From NCBI GenBank assembly GCA_013265495.1, contig MU057796.1, forward strand, positions 124,001 through 188,000: a DNA stretch of 64,000 nucleotides. The letters run 5' to 3'. The DNA comes from Vicugna vicugna. Taxonomy: Eukaryota. The translations under genes were made by a program, and so were the position numbers. The notes under the pieces were generated by a model, which saw only the letters and a program-made list of their open reading frames with translations, had not been told where the DNA came from and ran no database searches. Positions 11,000 to 24,834 of this stretch are shown here, one piece after another (the first letter of the stretch is position 1; every line of letters starts with the position of its first letter).

Positions 11000-12169
11000 A
11001 ATTTTTCTCTTCCTATTTCTATTTCCCCCTGATTCATTTTTGATAGGTTGTATGTTTCTAAGAATTTTTTCTTTTCTTCTAGGTTGTCCCAAGTTTATTG
11101 GTATATAGTTGTTTGTAGTAGCTTCTTATGATCTTTTGTATTTCTGTGATATCTGTTGTAATGTCTTGTCCTTCACTGATAATTTTGTTGATTTGGGTCT
11201 TCTCTTGTTTCCTTGGTTAGTCTAGCTAAAGGTTTGTCAATTTGGTTTATCTTTTCAAAGATATAACTCAGTTTGGCTAATATTTTCTATTGTTTTTCTC
11301 TTCTCTGTTTGATTTTTCTGCTCTGATCTTTACTATCTCCTTCCTTCCTAACTTTGGGTCCAGTTTGTTTTTCTTTGGCCTTGCCCGCATGCTGTGTACT
11401 TTACAGGTAGTGTGCAAAATACCTTTGCATATAGATAATTGCGTTCAGTCCTTGCAACTGCCTCATGAGATAGGCAGGGCAGGATTATGGAGGAATAAAT
11501 TGTAAAATGGCTCTTAGGTCTGCAAGAGGAATGTTTTTCTTTCTTTACTAGAAGTTAAATGTTCTGTTAATCATGAGTCTATTGTTTTGTGGGGTTTTTT
11601 TTTGTTTTTTTCAGTTAAGGCAAAAGCAAGCAGGCAAGATGGAAGGAGATGGAAAAAGTTGGGGTTGGGGAGAGAGGCTCAGGTTAAAGTGTTGTTTTGT
11701 TTTGTTTTGTTTTTTTGCTACAAGACTAAAGAGACTACCATTTTGATGTGCAGTTTGAATCCCTGAGCAGGGCCATTTGACCACAGGATCACTAGCCATG
11801 ATACCACACTTGTAGTCTGTGGAACTCACCGGGTTCCTTTCCCAAGGGCTCAGCCAGATGGCCTAGAGTCACATCAGATTCATCCTGTGGAATAGAAATT
11901 ACTCGGGAACCACCTAGCATGGGTGAATCCTCATTATGATAATTTGGAATACAGACTGAAAAGTCGTAAGAATCCAGAAGGAACTGGGTTGTCTCAATCC
12001 TGTCAATATTAATTGCTGGAAATAAAGAGCAGAAGTTGACCCTAACTTTATGTTTTCCCTTGTTCTTACACACCGTGTACTAAATACTTGTTTGTTGCAA
12101 AGTTACCTTGTAACAGTTGAGTTTCTAACAAAGTTTCATAGTCACAATATCCCGCATTTACCCTTGAGA

Positions 12170-12690
12170 AAAATCTCGGCTCTGCCTTCAAAAATATCAG
12201 AATTGAAGACTTAATACCACCTTCCTGCCCCCTCACTTCTCACCTGGATTACTGCAGCATCCTCCAGGTGGGCTGCCTGCTCTCCCCCTTAACGCCTTAC
12301 AGTCTGTGTCCAGCAGCGATCCTTTTAACACAGACATCAGACCCCACTTGTGCTCAGCGTCTTCTGCTGTCTCTTTTCGCTCAGAGTCCCAGTGATCCTG
12401 GTCCCCATGGTTGTGTGTGCTCTGCCTTCCTCTCCTCCTCCCCCCTTTCTCACTTGAGCTACTCCAGCCACCCTGGCCCTCAGGTTCTTCCCACTTCAGA
12501 ACTATTATGCCTTCAGTCCTTTTTCTAGAATGTTCTCCCAAATATAACTCACCAACTTCAAATCTTTGTTAAAAATCACTTTCTCAATAAGGCCTACCCT
12601 GATCGACATGTTTTAAATTGCACTTTATTTGGTTTATTGCCCGTCTTCTACCCCCAGAACATAGGTTCCATCATCCCTAGAATGTGGAGG
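12170..12690 (+). mobile_element. L2 fragment
   Basis: L2 motifs: ctcacctggattactgcagc, ctccagccaccctggcc, aggcctaccctga. Confidence 0.7.
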
Positions 12691-12704
12691 CCCCCTGAGG
12701 AAAA

Positions 12705-12925
12705 TAATTAGCAAAGTATGGGCCGCAGGCCAAGCCCGGCCTATGCCCGTTTTTGCAAATAAAGTCTTCCTGCAACACAGCCACTCCATTCCTCTCCACA
12801 CTGTCTCTGGCTTCTTTTGTGCTGCCGCAGCTGAGCTGGCTAGTTGGGACAGACTGTTACACATTTTGGCCCCAAAACCCAAATATATTTATGATCTGGC
12901 CCTTTCCAGAAAAAGTCGGCTGATT
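12705..12925. mobile_element. MER58A-like hAT-Charlie element
   Basis: ggccaagcccggcc..gtttttgcaaataaagt..aacacagccac..tctggccctttccagaaaaagt. Similar to the copy at 40443-40663. Confidence 0.75.
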
Positions 12926-13554
12926 TGTCACTAACTTCTGTATCTTCAGGACTTAAAATGGGACATCGATTTCTTCCTTAGCAGTTTGAACTTGAAGATC
13001 CCAGAGCCCCAATTTACCTGTTACGAGCCCAGAGAAATGGCCCAAAAGGAAAACCTAAAATGCTCTGGTCAGTATGAGTCAATTTCCAAAGAATCTTTAC
13101 CAAAATTTACTTCTCTGGGAACTGGGACCAGCAGCTAAACTACCACTGGTCTCTGTTCTGCAAGGACACTCTATGACCACAAATCAGGTGCTAATCATTC
13201 ATGTGTGTATCTCTCCATCTAGAATATGACCATAAGAACATCCTCCATACACTGTGTGTATGTTATTAATCATACTGCATATCTGTATGTGTATATGTAC
13301 ACGTATCACATGAATATATATACATACATACATGAATATTTGTAATACATGAATGTCTATATATATGTGTCATTGCCCTTCCCATTAATAACCTTAGGGG
13401 ATCCCTATGCATCCTAGAAATAAGTCAGGTTTCTATTAACACTACCTGTAAATACGCTGTGACCTCATGTCTTACCTCATGCTTATTCCATACATAATGG
13501 AATTTGGTGATGTGCTTTCGCTTAACTTTGTCCTGAATTCACTGTGTATTACCA

Positions 13555-13740
13555 ATAGCACTGATTTTATTGAGAGACGGCCAGGTCCCAGGCACTTTAT
13601 GTTTTCTTTCATTCTTACTCAGCGATTGTCTTCATTTTAAAGGAAATTTGACCTCAGTTTAAGGAGCTTTCCTAAGCGCCCAGAGCTAGTGCCTAGTAGA
13701 GCAGGGATACAGAAAAAAGTTCCTTGGGTTCTAGAGCAAA
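13555..13740 (-). mobile_element. MIR fragment
   Basis: tttattgag..ccaggcact..cattttaaaggaaa..cagagctagt..agagcaggga. Confidence 0.55.
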
Positions 13741-15374
13741 TGTCCTTTCCTCGGCCCCACGCTGCCGCTCTGCTGTCAAGCAGAGCTCTCTCAGCCTCCC
13801 CAAAACGCAGAGGTTTCCCTTCCCTCCGTCTCTTAAATCAGTTTCTGCGTTTGATCTCTTGAAATGTTCGCTTTATTTACACATGTAAGTTGGTGCGTGA
13901 TGACAGCCAGGTTAGTGAAGCATCACCCCACTTCTGGCCACGCTGGGCCTTTGGTGTCAACTGGCCCTCTTCCCCGTGCTTGCTAGGGTGACAGCATCTC
14001 TCTGACGGCCAAGTGGTGAACTGACCGAGGCAGGTAAGTCCCACTCCTGGGAACAGCTCTGCCCTAATCCCGTCTCGTCCAGGAATGCAGCCCTTCACAC
14101 GGTGCCCCAACAAGGGGATGTTGTACTCCAAAGGGGACTCCTTCCCGTGACCCACCCAGAGAGCCATCCCTCCTGACGCTGGTGGCAGGTGGCTTTGGGT
14201 TTCATTTTCACGCATGATCAGACCCCCTTTTCAGTAGATCACAGACTGAAGAAACCCCATCTCATTCACCCCAGTACCCCAGTATCCTCCTTCCGAGCAG
14301 AGCACCTAGAGTATATTGACGTTTAAATATTGTTGGGTGAATAAATGCTGTTTCCACTGGATATTTCTAACATCTTGTTGCTGTTTTACCTAAGCATTTA
14401 TACTCAGTTTATAAATGGAGAGGTCAGGTCTTGTAATAGGATTCTAGAGACTTCCTGGAGAATCAGGCAACATCTCTGATAAATTTGCAGGCTTAGGAAT
14501 TGGGCGTGCGCTAAGTAAACAGGATTGGGTAAGAAGATATGTTATCGGAAATGTAGCACTTCCTCCAACTAGGAAAATCGCCCATCACCTGCTACTTACA
14601 GACTGTGTCAGCCCCTCATGTAAGAACCAGACAAGCTACTGGTTACACAGAGCTCCCTGAGATCAAGAATTCTGCTCCCACACCCTGGAAAGCATCCCAG
14701 TTTCTGCATTCACAGGACCAACTTTGTCTCCAGAGGCACCGTCTTCCTGATGCTTCTGCTGCCCGACACGCTCTGAAATTGGCACTTTCTGTGTACAGGT
14801 GTTGTCAGCAAAACTGGCTCCTTCCCGCCCCAGGGGGAAAGTAGCTTCCGCTGACGGGCTAACAGCTGAAAGTAGGGAAGGAAGCCCGATCCATTCATAA
14901 CTCCCCCGACGTGCCACCCAGAATATCCCTGCCACTCCGGGAGGACCGTCTCGCTGCTTGTGTGGGCCGCTCTATTTGTCACTGTGCTACCAGGATTTTA
15001 ACAAAGAGCCACTTCTTAGCGCAGCTGCGAGACCAGTGTTTCCATTAGGGAAGGCCCGGCTTGAACACGAGGTCTGAGCTCCGAGATTGTCTCATCATGT
15101 AGCAGCTCCGGTGTGGGGTGGGGTTCTGCTGCTGCAGATCAGCGAGGGAGAGGGTTTGGGGGCAAGGCAATAAAAATCACACCTGGTCTGAAAGCAAATG
15201 GTGTGAGAGAGTGATGGTGTGAATGGCAGGTGCGTGGAGGGCGTCCATGAAGATGCTCAGGTCCCCATGGACCACAATGACGGTGAGGTGGGAGAGAACC
15301 ATCCTCATTGATGGAGGTGTTCAGATGGGCACAGGCTTTGGCTGTTCTGGACACTGTCGTGTGCCTTGGGGACC

Positions 15375-15810
15375 AGGCTGGGTTGAATGATGACCCTGCA
15401 AAGATTCACATCCACCTTGGGGAACATCAGAATGTGCCCTTATGTGGAAATAGAGTCTTTGCAGATGTCATTAATTGAACAAAGATGAAGCCATACTGAA
15501 TTAAGTGTGTCCTCAATCCAATGAGTGGTGTCCTTGTAAGGAAGCCACGTGATGACAGGGGCACCCGGGGAAGGCTCCGCGATGAGGGAGGTGGACGTTG
15601 GAGTCATGCAGCTGCAAGCCAGGGGGTGGCAGGGAGTGCCGGCAGCACCAGACTGGAAAAGGCGAGGAAGGATCCCTGCCTAGAGCCCTCAGAGGGAACA
15701 CAGCCCTGCTGACTCCTTGACTTTAAACTTCTCGTGTACGTGAGAGAACATACTTCTCTTGGTTTAAGTTGGTGGTGTGTTGTTACAGCAGTCCTGGGAC
15801 ATGAACGCAG
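15375..15810 (+). mobile_element. MaLR LTR, MLT1C-like
   Basis: cagaatgtgcccttatgtggaaatagagtctttgcagatgt, ggtgtccttgtaag, gcagctgcaagccagg, ctagagccctcagagggaacacagccctgctgac. Confidence 0.85.
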
Positions 15811-16674
15811 TCATCTCGGATCAGCTCAGGACAAACCCGGGCTGCTTCCTGGGAGAGCCCAGCAAGGACCACACAACATAGTACCCGGCCAGCAGCAGTG
15901 GTGGCCCGTCCATCAGAACAGAGGAGCTGGAGCAGACTGGGGCTGTCTGCGGTTTTTGTTCCATTGCTGGCGGGCCCAGACCTTGGTGTGGCCAACATCC
16001 TAGTGTCCAGCGTATAGCTTGGCCTGTGAGTCCCACAGGTGCCTAAGGAAGACGCCTGGCCCCGTTCCTGGCTGTGCACCGGGTTCTCCAGTTAAGAACC
16101 CAAATGGTTCCGATTTCATCAGGTAGCTTCTCTTGCTGCTGAAAAGGCTAAAAATGGGATGATCTCTTTTGAAGAAAGAAGAAATTTTTGGTTACCTCAT
16201 TAAAGAAATCTCATTTCTTTCTAGATGTTGGGTGACATTCTGCGTTCATGCTTATTTTTTGATCCAGAGCTTTAATCAAAGAGAAGGAATCAGTATGAAA
16301 AGGTTTTTTTTGTTTCCCTCTTGGCGGGCTAAATTTGCTGTTATTGTTGCTTAGCTAAGGCTTATTTTTTACAGTTTTAGGCACAGAATGGAAAGCTCTC
16401 ATCACCTGCCTTCTGCCAAAGTTTCACCATGGGTTTGTGATAGTAGAAGCGATTCATGAATTCATTCATCAAAAAATATTTATTGGATATATGTGGGAGG
16501 TACGCTTACGCCCACCAATTACCTCTGGAAGGACGCAAAGGTTGCTTCGGGCAGTAGAAACTGGGGACCTACATTTCCCTGTCTACTTTTTCAGTGTACA
16601 TGCATCAAGTATTTAGGGTAAATAAATATTTAATTTTAGCATGCCAGCGGTTTCTCTAAAATGATTTTGAAGAT

Positions 16675-17200
16675 AGATATTTATTGGGCACTCATGACAT
16701 ATGGACACAGTGCTAATATACAGAGTAAACAGTTTTAAACAAAGCAGACACAGTCACTGCCCCAGTGGAATGTAAAGTCTAGACTAATGGGAGAAACCAT
16801 CTATAAATGAATATTCACACACATAGTTATATAATTACAAAATCAATAATTCTCTGAAAGAGGAGAATTTGATCCTGTAAGAAAGAGTCATCTGAGGAAC
16901 CAAATAAGATTGGGGTATCATCAAAAACCCGAAGGAATGATGTTCGGTCTGAAGGAAGGTAGAATTAACCAGATGAGAAGAGGGAAAGAGAATTTAAGCT
17001 GAAACCTTGAGCAGGTACCGGAGCTTGGCACATTTCCCGAGTGTGTAAAAGGCCAGAGTGGCTGGGGAAGATGAAGAGGTAGGTGAGGTGGGCAGGGACC
17101 AGATCACACTGGATTTGCATTCAATCAACAAACGTTCATCAAGACCCTTCTTCATGCTAGGTTCTCTCCCAGCACTAGAAACACAGCAGTAAACACAGGG
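16675..17200 (-). mobile_element. L2 fragments (two 3' ends)
   Basis: atttattgggcact..cagtgcta..cactgcccc; ggccagagtggctgg; cattcaatcaacaaac. Confidence 0.65.
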
Positions 17201-20200
17201 CTTTCTCAGCCATTGATGGAGTTTGGGTTTCATCACAAGCCCACAGGGCACCCATTGACGTAGCTGAAGAAGAGAATTCATTTGACCTGACGTAGATATT
17301 TAGAAGAAAAGGGAGCATAGAGGTATCAGACTGCCGTGATGCTGTAGCACCTGGGTAATAAGCTTTGTCAGGTTGCTTGGCTGCGTGGATACCGAGGTTA
17401 ACAATTCAGAATTTATCTTACTGACCTCAGAGAGCAAAATGGCGGCCATTCACTTCCACAGCAACATCGTTCCCATTCAGAAAAAGTCTTTGTAGGAAAC
17501 CCCAAACTGAAAAGGTGGTATTTAATCTAGTTGTTGGTTTTAACCACAAACTTAAAAAAAAAAAAGTAACAAGCTTTATTTTATCATGAAGAGCAACAAG
17601 CATAAATTAACTTCCCCATTACATCATCATTTAGTGAACTGTCATTAAACTCAGGGCCGTACAGGCCACCAGAATAAGACTCGGCACCAGATCCTCACAC
17701 TGAATCAATTAATGATATTTCTGTTATAACTTTTCTTTTGCCTTTTTATTCTTCAAGGACACCAACGTGACCCTACCAGTAGCTCATTGATTTTTTGTGT
17801 GTGTGTGCTGATTTCTGACTGCAAGAGAACAGAGATCACCAACTTTATAAAGTAGTGATCATATGTATGCATTATAAAAGAGTTCTAACCACATTTACAT
17901 TTTTCACATTTTCCCAAGGAATGCTTCCTTGCATATAGTTAGCAACTTACACCGTTATATATGGAGACAAGAGTAGAGAGAGAGAAGTTCCCTACTCAGC
18001 CAATTTTGCTTAATTGAAGCTTTGGAAAATAAAATATTGCCATCTTATCCACATCCCCCCTCCGCTGAAAAAAAAGATTGGGGTATGAAAACAAGATGTC
18101 ACGAACCTTGGAGGATTCATTCAGCTAAGGTGTTTGGAGACCATTGCATCCAGCTCCTACATTTGGCAGATAAAAAAACTGAAGCCCAGAGAAGTCAAGG
18201 GATTCCAGGAATTCAAGTCTCACAGCAAATTAGCGTCATCATCAGGACAAGAATCTGGATGTCCAGACATGATACTGGGATCATTTCACAAAATAGTAAA
18301 GGGAAGACTAGAAACAAGCCAACAAAATGTATGCTAATGTGGTCCTCGGAACTTGCATAATCACCATACATAAATGCATCTCACTTCCCTCCTCTGCAAA
18401 GTGAGAATGACAACACCTGTATCTTCTGTCCCATCCAGGAAGAGTTGAGTGATGGAGGAGATCTGATGTCTGGGGCGTGCTTGGAGTTGCCAAAAGTGAA
18501 TCGTCAGAAACCTAAGAACATGGCATCAGAGAGATTTTATTGTGGTCTAGACCGCAGCCCCACCCCCACATTTGGAGCCAAACCACCCAAATCAAGTCAC
18601 AGCTGGCTCAAAGACCACATGGCAAAAGCTCCCACCCATATCTGGAATGGGATGTAACAGGTATTAATTTGGGTAATCCCGGAGATTTGGTTGGAGTCTG
18701 GGGAATCACAACCCCAAACAGCAAAAACAGCGTCCTTCATTATTTGAGAAAAACAGAGCAAAAACACTTCCAAAGATGCGCATTCTTGGAAAAACATAGA
18801 GAAAGATCAAGTACAATCAAGGGCTATTGAAATGGGACCGGTGGCTTCATCCACGTTTGGAAGGATTAGACTTGAGTCAAAAATCCGTCTAACCCAACCG
18901 CACAGAGACATGGACTGTCAGTGGGTCTCTCAGGAACAACAGTCCATTCATGTCAGGGCTAGATTTTAGAGCTAGAGCCTAAAGGAAAGCAACCACCTCT
19001 CACTTTACCTGACCTTGAAAATGTGCCTGGATCTTGGTGTGTGTCTCACCTACATTTAAATAATCCCAGCATAATACGGTCGTGCCGAGCAATAGGTTTG
19101 CGTGTTTCAGTTCACTGTTCTGTTCCATTGTTCCAAGATGGCATTAAACATTAAACCTGGTTGAAATGCACAGAAGCATCTTACCCTAGCTTTGCATCCC
19201 TGCTCTCTCTTCCAGGCCTTGGCACCCTCCATCTCCTCCCAGAGAGGGTTACAGGCCCTAAGCGGCTCTCCCTAAGTAAAAGGGAGCCTGAGTAAACAAA
19301 AAATACGAGTGACCAGAATACATAAGCATCTAGAAAATGCTTAAGTGAGAGCCCTTGAGTAGGCTGGTTCGTGGGCATCAAAAGCCTTAGGATGACTCGA
19401 CTAAGACGGAAGGGAAAGAAGAAGGTAGCAGAAAGATGGTCATGAGAAACCTCCGCCCACTGGTAAAATAATTCAGGTCATTAACAATCGGAATGGATGG
19501 GATTCAAACTATCCGTTCAGTATTGTTTGAAGGAACAGTAAATAGTTAACTAAGACTTCATCACACCTCCATGCTGGGCATGCAAATTAGGTTACATCAG
19601 TTTGGGTTTCCAGCCCCATCAACTGAAATCCTCCTGGATAAGAGACACAGCACTTTACAAAGTATGGTGTTCATCCTTCTCCAGGAATATATAGCAAAGC
19701 AGTGCACTTCCACCCTCTTTTTGACAGCAGAGTTTAAAATAGTGGGAGTTTTTAGGATGGTGTTGTCTACCATAATTTTATGCTTAGATCTGTGCATGGC
19801 GCGCGTACTTGTTAAGCATTGGTAAAGGCTAGAGCTAAATTCCACTACTTAAAAAGGTGCCTAGGGGGTGGGATCTGAGGCACACAGAGTCACAAAAGGG
19901 TTCCGTGCGCGGTTGAGGGGGTTTATATTACGGAAGAGTCTGTTATAGATGTGCATCTATTGCTGGATTTCAAAGGCTGTGTTTCTTGAAACATTTTAAT
20001 GTCCTCCCTCAGTTGGATTCATCTGTGTCCAAAATAACAAATGGTCTCATACTTCCCCCCTCCCCTCTGTGCCTCAGGAGGCTTGCTTTTTTGAAGTAGA
20101 TGGAAATTGGTGTGGAAGTCATAAGGGAGGTCCAGAGACGGCTGAAATCAGCCATTCAAAGCTGCCAGCAACCCCTGGACCCCCTCTAAATTGCTATTTC

Positions 20201-21510
20201 CATGTCACAGAATTTTTTTTTTCATTTTAAAACATTCTGAGATATTTTCATGGTGTTGTGGCTAACCATTTTTAGTCAGTTAAAAAAAATGCCTTTATCA
20301 CCTCCCACCAGGAAACTCATGGAACACACTGCTGGAGATGCTAAAACTTTTTTCATTTCTCCTTTAAAAAAAAATATTAATGGTAAGCATTAAAAGAGAA
20401 GGGGAAAGTCTTTAATTTGGTTTTCAAAATGCTTAGCTTGAAATTAAAAATTGTACATACAACTGAATAAGGCGTCTGCAAGTAATCACTGTGAACACAC
20501 CTGATGGTTTTCATCGAAATGCAGGGAGGGTGCTGAGTCTCCCAACCCCCCAGGTGGGTGCAGAGAATGTGTCTGGATGCACCAGTGGCAGCAGCTCTGA
20601 GGTGGAAGGTTTGGGTTTACAAGATTAAAAAGCTCCAGTTCCCAAACACTAATAGAGCCGGTAGGAAGGAAAGATGGAGGAAGTGGGAAGGAGACAGGAG
20701 CCGGAGGAAGTGAGGGCGCTGACACCAGCCTGCCTCTCAGCTTGGCGTAATACACGAGCCCGCAGTCCCACCGAGGGACAGGAGGGATGGACCCTGTTAG
20801 GTCCCCTTTTGGCTTCCGTCTCTTTACAGAAATGAAACTGCGCGCTCTCTTCCATCCAACTTCCCTCCAGGCCAAGGACACAGTGACTGTGGCTCCCAGT
20901 GAAAGAAGGGCAGACGGTCCAGATGGTCTTGGAGTTTCCCTTGAGCAGACTCAACTTTTAATAGCTTACAACTCTCCCTGCACCCAGGAGAATGTGCAGC
21001 TTAGTAAAAAGTATTATGCGTTGTTTTACTCTCTGGTATACATAAACCATGGCCAAACTCCAAACACAGTCACTACCAGAACAAGAGGGTGGAGCAAAGA
21101 CGAATATAGTCGCAGACCCTTGGCCATTGGTTTTTCGCCCCCCATATTGGGAAGAAATGTAAATGAATACTATTGGATTTTTTTTTCTTTTCTTAAAAAG
21201 GGCAAGGAAATAAGTGAGATGAAATTGGAGGGAAAAAGTAAAGGAAATAAAATGAGAAGAAGACAACGTAATTCTTTGCACGAAGAGCTCGGTGTATGCA
21301 AAATTTCCCACAAATGCTTTGACTTCCAAGTGCATCATAAATCCACCCATAGTCAGAGAAAGGGAATTTGCTGCCTAGAAGGAAGATCTAGTCTACCAGA
21401 CACTTGGCTGAGTTCTTCTTTCTCAACTTATTTTCTATCTCTAGAAAGATTCTTTTAAAAAATATTCGTTAAAAAAAAAGACACCTGCATTAAAGCACGT
21501 TGACGAGCCA

Positions 21511-21938
21511 TGTTACAAGTTGAATTCTGTTCCCACTCCAAAATTCACGTAATGAAGTCCTAACTTCAAACACCTCAGAATGTGGACTTATTTGGAAATA
21601 GGGTCGTTACAGATGTAATTTGTTAAAAAGAGGTCATATTGGAGTAGAATGAGCCCCTAATTCAATATGACTGGTGTCCTTATAAAAAGAACACCACTGA
21701 AGGCAAAAAGATAATGACAGAGAAGATTGTGTGACGAGACTGGAGGAGAAGACAGCCATCCGCAAGCCAAGGAGAGAGGTTAGAACACAGCCTTCCTTCA
21801 CAGCCCTCAGAAGGGATGCCCGTCCTACTGACACCTTGATTTAAGACTTCTAGCCTTCAGAGCTCTGATACAGCACATTTCTGCTGCTTAAGCCACTCAG
21901 TATATATTTTGTTATGGCAGCTCTAGCAAACTAATACA
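21511..21938 (+). mobile_element. MaLR solo LTR, MLT1B-like, near full length
   Basis: TG..CA termini (tgttacaagttgaatt ... gcaaactaataca) with canonical internal motifs. Confidence 0.88.
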
Positions 21939-22074
21939 GTTTCTCCAGAGCAAAATAGTAACATATAATGTCAAAAAATAATAAAAACGAAATCCATTAA
22001 GCAATTTCTATGTGCCAAGACCTATGGTTTATACATGCATTATTTCTTTTAATCCTCATAGTTTCAATCTTTGA

Positions 22075-22326
22075 TTGCCTCAGGATGTTCTGTCTGGAGC
22101 TATAGCAGCCATCTTTATTCATGAGACTGAAGTTGACATACTGAGGATGTCAGAGTAGAGAGGCAGAAAATATCTGTGTTCTTCATGATGACACTGGGCC
22201 ACTGAATGAATCAACCCTAGAACCTACTGTATTGAGACTTTTTTTTATGTGAAGTAATGTTATTATTTAAGCCACATTTTGTTGGATCTTTTGTTACTTA
22301 CAGTCGAGAGCATCCTGACAGATACA
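22075..22326 (+). mobile_element. MLT1I/J-like LTR 3' part
   Basis: ctggagctatagcagccatctt, ctgaggatg, tttaagccac..ttttgttactt..catcctgacagataca. Confidence 0.65.
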
Positions 22327-23199
22327 ATTCCCTCTAATTAAACTTTTTTTTTTTTTTACCAACTTCCCCAAAGGTAAGGGTTATGTTGCTTTCAGCTTTG
22401 TATTTCTAGATCCACCCACAGGGACCAGCATATGGAGGTAAAAAATTCAGGGTTTGTTGAATAAGTAAATAGATGACTCTATCCTCAAACAGATAATATC
22501 AGTGGCATTTAACAGATGGAGAGATGCAAACTCCATGAACTGAACTGATTTGCTGAAGATCGTTCAGTGATTCAGTGAGCGGGTGGGGGAATCCCCTGAC
22601 CACCCCATGTTCACATTGCTTTGCCTACAGCGCCATTTGGTATGGTTCTGGAGTTGTCTCCCCAGTCCTACCAACACCTTCAACTTTGTCCATGATGTGC
22701 GTACTTCCTATTTCTGCATACTTTCAGATTTTTCATTCTACCTGGGAATGTTCTACCCATTTGTGTAAGCAAGAGTCTAGAAGTCAGGGACCACATCTGT
22801 GCTGTTATCTTTGTGTGGCACCTGATATAGCTCGAGTCTAATTTGGCAATAAATAAATTCCTCTGGATGACGACGATATCTGAAAGCATAAAATGAACTC
22901 CTGGGAGAAATAATCTTCTCTTCTCTGCCTGTATCCTGTATGCTCTTCAGGAGGGAACGGCTAAATGAGAAATTAATAGGATTAGAAACACTTTGTACCT
23001 ATGGTCTGGGCCACATAGGTGTTTTGTTTTTCTTTTTCTTTTTTAAGTCTGTGAATTCAAGTTCTTTGTACAAGTTGTATTTGTAAAGAAGAGATGAACA
23101 AATTCGCAAGCTGTCCACAAACTTGGTCTTTCCATTTTGAGGTCATGTCTCCACTCCTGGGACTGTTAAGTGTGGAATGATGATCTTAAATCACTCTGG

Positions 23200-23790
23200 T
23201 CTTTGTCTCTAATTGCCGAGTGGTCATTTCTATTTGGATACCTCATTGTGATCGCAAAATCAACATATTGATGGAGAAGCTCATGATCACCTATGAACGA
23301 AAATTGGCTTTCTTTCTTGACTTTCCCATTCCTGTCACTTTTACTCCCACCCTTGTGGTCACCCAGGATCAGACACTTTGTCATTTTTCATTCATTCTTC
23401 TCTTTCCCCTTCCATATCAAGCCAAGTCCAGACAGTGTTCCCTATTAAAATATATCTAATCTGTTATCACTTCCTTCTGTCACCATCGTCACCAGCCCTT
23501 CCACTCCCTCAGCTGCCAAGGAGACTGATCTTTCTTCCCAGGCTGTTTTCCTGAATCCAGTCTGTCCCCCATAAAGGCTTTCCTTCTGTTGCACACAAAC
23601 CAATCTCCCTTGAACATTAATTTCATCATGACATTTTTCTATTCCGACTTCACAATGGCCTCATACTTCCTTTTATGTCTGAGTACGTCTGCAGTGCGAG
23701 AGTCTTACCCTACTTTGTGTATGTAACCGTCTTCTTCCACTCTCACTAATGTCCGTTGCTTCACTCAGACTGGCTGATTTCCTGCCCATT
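23200..23790 (+). mobile_element. Old L2 fragment
   Basis: Degraded pyrimidine-rich L2 motifs (tctatttggatacctc, gtcacccagg, ccaagtcc). Confidence 0.5.
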
Positions 23791-23877
23791 CCCCCCTGCA
23801 GTAGATAGTGTATTTTACCTTCTTTACTATCTTAATTGCTCCCCTTTTACTCATAATCTATCCAAAGTCAGCCTGGT

Positions 23878-24052
23878 CAGTGTTCTCAGCTGAGGGTGAT
23901 TCTTGGCAATGACACTTTTTATTACTGCAGCTGGGTGGGGCGTGTTTTCTGCCTGTAGTGGGGAGAGTCCAGGGATGCTGCTGAATACGCTGCAATGTAT
24001 GGGAGAGCCTTTCACCATAGCACATCAGTGGTGCCAAGATGAAGCAAATCTA
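23878..24052. mobile_element. MER20-like hAT element
   Basis: cagtgttctcagctgagggtgatt...tagtggggagagtccagggatgctgctgaa...gtggtgccaag. Confidence 0.7.
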
Positions 24053-24254
24053 GCCTAGCAGAATGGGTACAAGAAACAGAAGTTAATCCCAGCTCTGTTG
24101 AGTAACCTCAATTAGCTCCCTAAGGTGGATGCATCGCCTCTGACATGGGAGGCAAGTGGACCACGATGCCGTGAACCTGCGCCAACCCTTTTATCTCTTC
24201 TGACTCTGCTTCATGCCTACAGTGGTACTGAATACTTTAGACCTTCAGATGTTG

Positions 24255-24404
24255 AGGGGGGAGGGTATAACTCAAGTGGTAGTGTGCATGCCTAGCATGT
24301 GCAAGGTGCTGGGTTCAATTCCCAGTGCTGCCTCTGAAAAATAAATAAACAAGTAAACCTAATTACCAACCCCTCAAAAAGACAACAACAACAACAACAA
24401 AAAC
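24255..24404 (+). mobile_element. Vic-1-like SINE with 13-bp TSD
   Basis: A/B boxes and a (CAA)n tail. TSD ccttcagatgttg at 24242-24254 and 24405-24417. Confidence 0.92.
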
Positions 24405-24834
24405 CCTTCAGATGTTGTGTTGGGTGTTGTCTGATGGTCCGTGGGTGGGTATTTCTCTGCTCAGTGAGATCCTGACCTTCACCCTGAAGGAGAGGACCGC
24501 ATGACACTATTGTGTTCCTTATGGTACCTTGCCTGCAGAGCAAAACAAAAGCCTGTGAAGTCTGTGTCGATTGACTGGATGATCACATTCCCAAACAAAT
24601 ATGCCCAAGCCATCTGAGACATAGAAATACGCCTGTATATATTCAGAAAACCCAGCGCTCCCTTTTGTTTGGTCAAGCCCAATGTTTTAGGTTGAGAATG
24701 TGTTGTTTTGGCTAACGAGGTAAAAAGAACATCCTGTTCCTTCAGTCTTTCCCATGTGGGATGGCTGATAGAGCCAAATTCCAGAGAGAAAGATGTTTCT
24801 CCAGGGATTCACATAATTTATGATGATTATAAAA

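Larger units (their letters stand above)
7213..11375 (-). mobile_element. L1MA-like LINE-1 (3' UTR plus disrupted ORF2), carrying nested insertions
   Basis: Minus-strand ORF2 remnants: [23 protein letters not shown] (9813-9995), [23 protein letters not shown] (9600-9785), AVLRKKNKEGG..PEFKLHYKA (8878-9102). L1MA-type 3' UTR at about 7213-7800. Confidence 0.9.

Noticed and set aside
20787..21458. 223-aa intergenic ORF starting with ATG
   Set aside because: No family resemblance, runs through T- and A-rich low-complexity tracts, no splice or promoter support seen.
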